Assembly (NCBI GenBank): GCA_028697835.1
Contig: JAQVDK010000001.1
Location: 1-56,856 of the forward strand
Direction: 5' to 3'
DNA from: Eubacteriales bacterium
Lineage (GTDB): Bacteria > Bacillota > Clostridia > Monoglobales > Firm-18
Length of the DNA: 56,856 nt
Numbering within the stretch: the first letter of the stretch is position 1; each line of letters begins with the position of its first letter. The translations under genes and the position numbers were made by a program. Shown one piece after another: positions 56,674 to 56,856 of this stretch. The notes beneath the pieces are model-generated. The model ran no database searches. It saw nothing but the letters and a program-made list of their open reading frames with translations, and was not told the origin of the DNA.

Positions 56674-56856
56674 TGCTTATCGTTTCCTTTTTTCACCGTT
56701 TTTTAAAAAATGTAATTTAGTGGTAATATAATCAAATTACTATATTATATTAACATAATTCAATTACATTTGCAAGAGAAATTAGCCCTTTTGGAAATAT
56801 AAAATATAGCACATCCGCTATAATCCTACAAGCGCTTTTTTCCTGCCTGGCTTGTC

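Noticed and set aside
56674-56856. I looked for a purine riboswitch or a T-box upstream of the AEC-pur array.
   Set aside because: Reading the minus strand, I found no match to the conserved purine aptamer core (the UAUAAU...CCGUAAAU-type junctions) and no T-box specifier or T-box sequence. Only a promoter-like element is present. The leader may extend past the window edge.
1-56856. I looked for mobile elements, CRISPR arrays, tRNA/rRNA genes, and phage or defence islands.
   Set aside because: I noticed no transposase, integrase or recombinase-like ORF, no regularly spaced direct repeats, and no tRNA-like or rRNA-like segments. The only toxin-antitoxin pair (mazEF) sits in its conserved chromosomal acpS-alr context rather than in an island.

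Overview
This is a low-GC, Firmicutes-type (Clostridia-like) chromosomal segment that is almost entirely coding. I saw no rRNA, tRNA, CRISPR array, transposase or integrase. The left third is housekeeping in a Bacillus-like order: acpS-nnr-alr-mazEF, murT-gatD, ogg, and glmU-prs-pth. The most interesting block is 13.4-20.5 kb, directly after the pth terminator. It is a co-directional seven-gene locus: an NDH-2 fused to a DoxX/DoxD-like membrane domain, a polyprenyl synthetase, a UbiA prenyltransferase, a NusG_II single-pass protein, a Gx/HepS-I-type membrane protein, a two-domain lipoprotein and an ApbE FMN transferase. This resembles the Listeria flavin-based extracellular electron transfer locus but has divergent motifs and accessory genes. 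Next come trpS, tagO-mnaA, a Fur-family regulator, thyA, an orphan FGGY kinase, an asymmetric heterodimeric ABC exporter, and an FMN riboswitch controlling ribU. The right half, all on the minus strand, holds an AT-rich orphan secreted protein with its own consensus promoter, then a complete cyanophycin operon (iadA-cphB-cphA). It also carries a 2643-aa cyclic beta-1,2-glucan-synthase-like giant, ldh, and a partial purine operon (purEFMNHD) behind an AEC transporter. Other oddities are a GlmU whose uridylyltransferase signature residues are all substituted, and an orphan minus-strand terminator in a GC-rich spacer upstream of murT. All functional calls come from reading motifs by eye; no searches were run.
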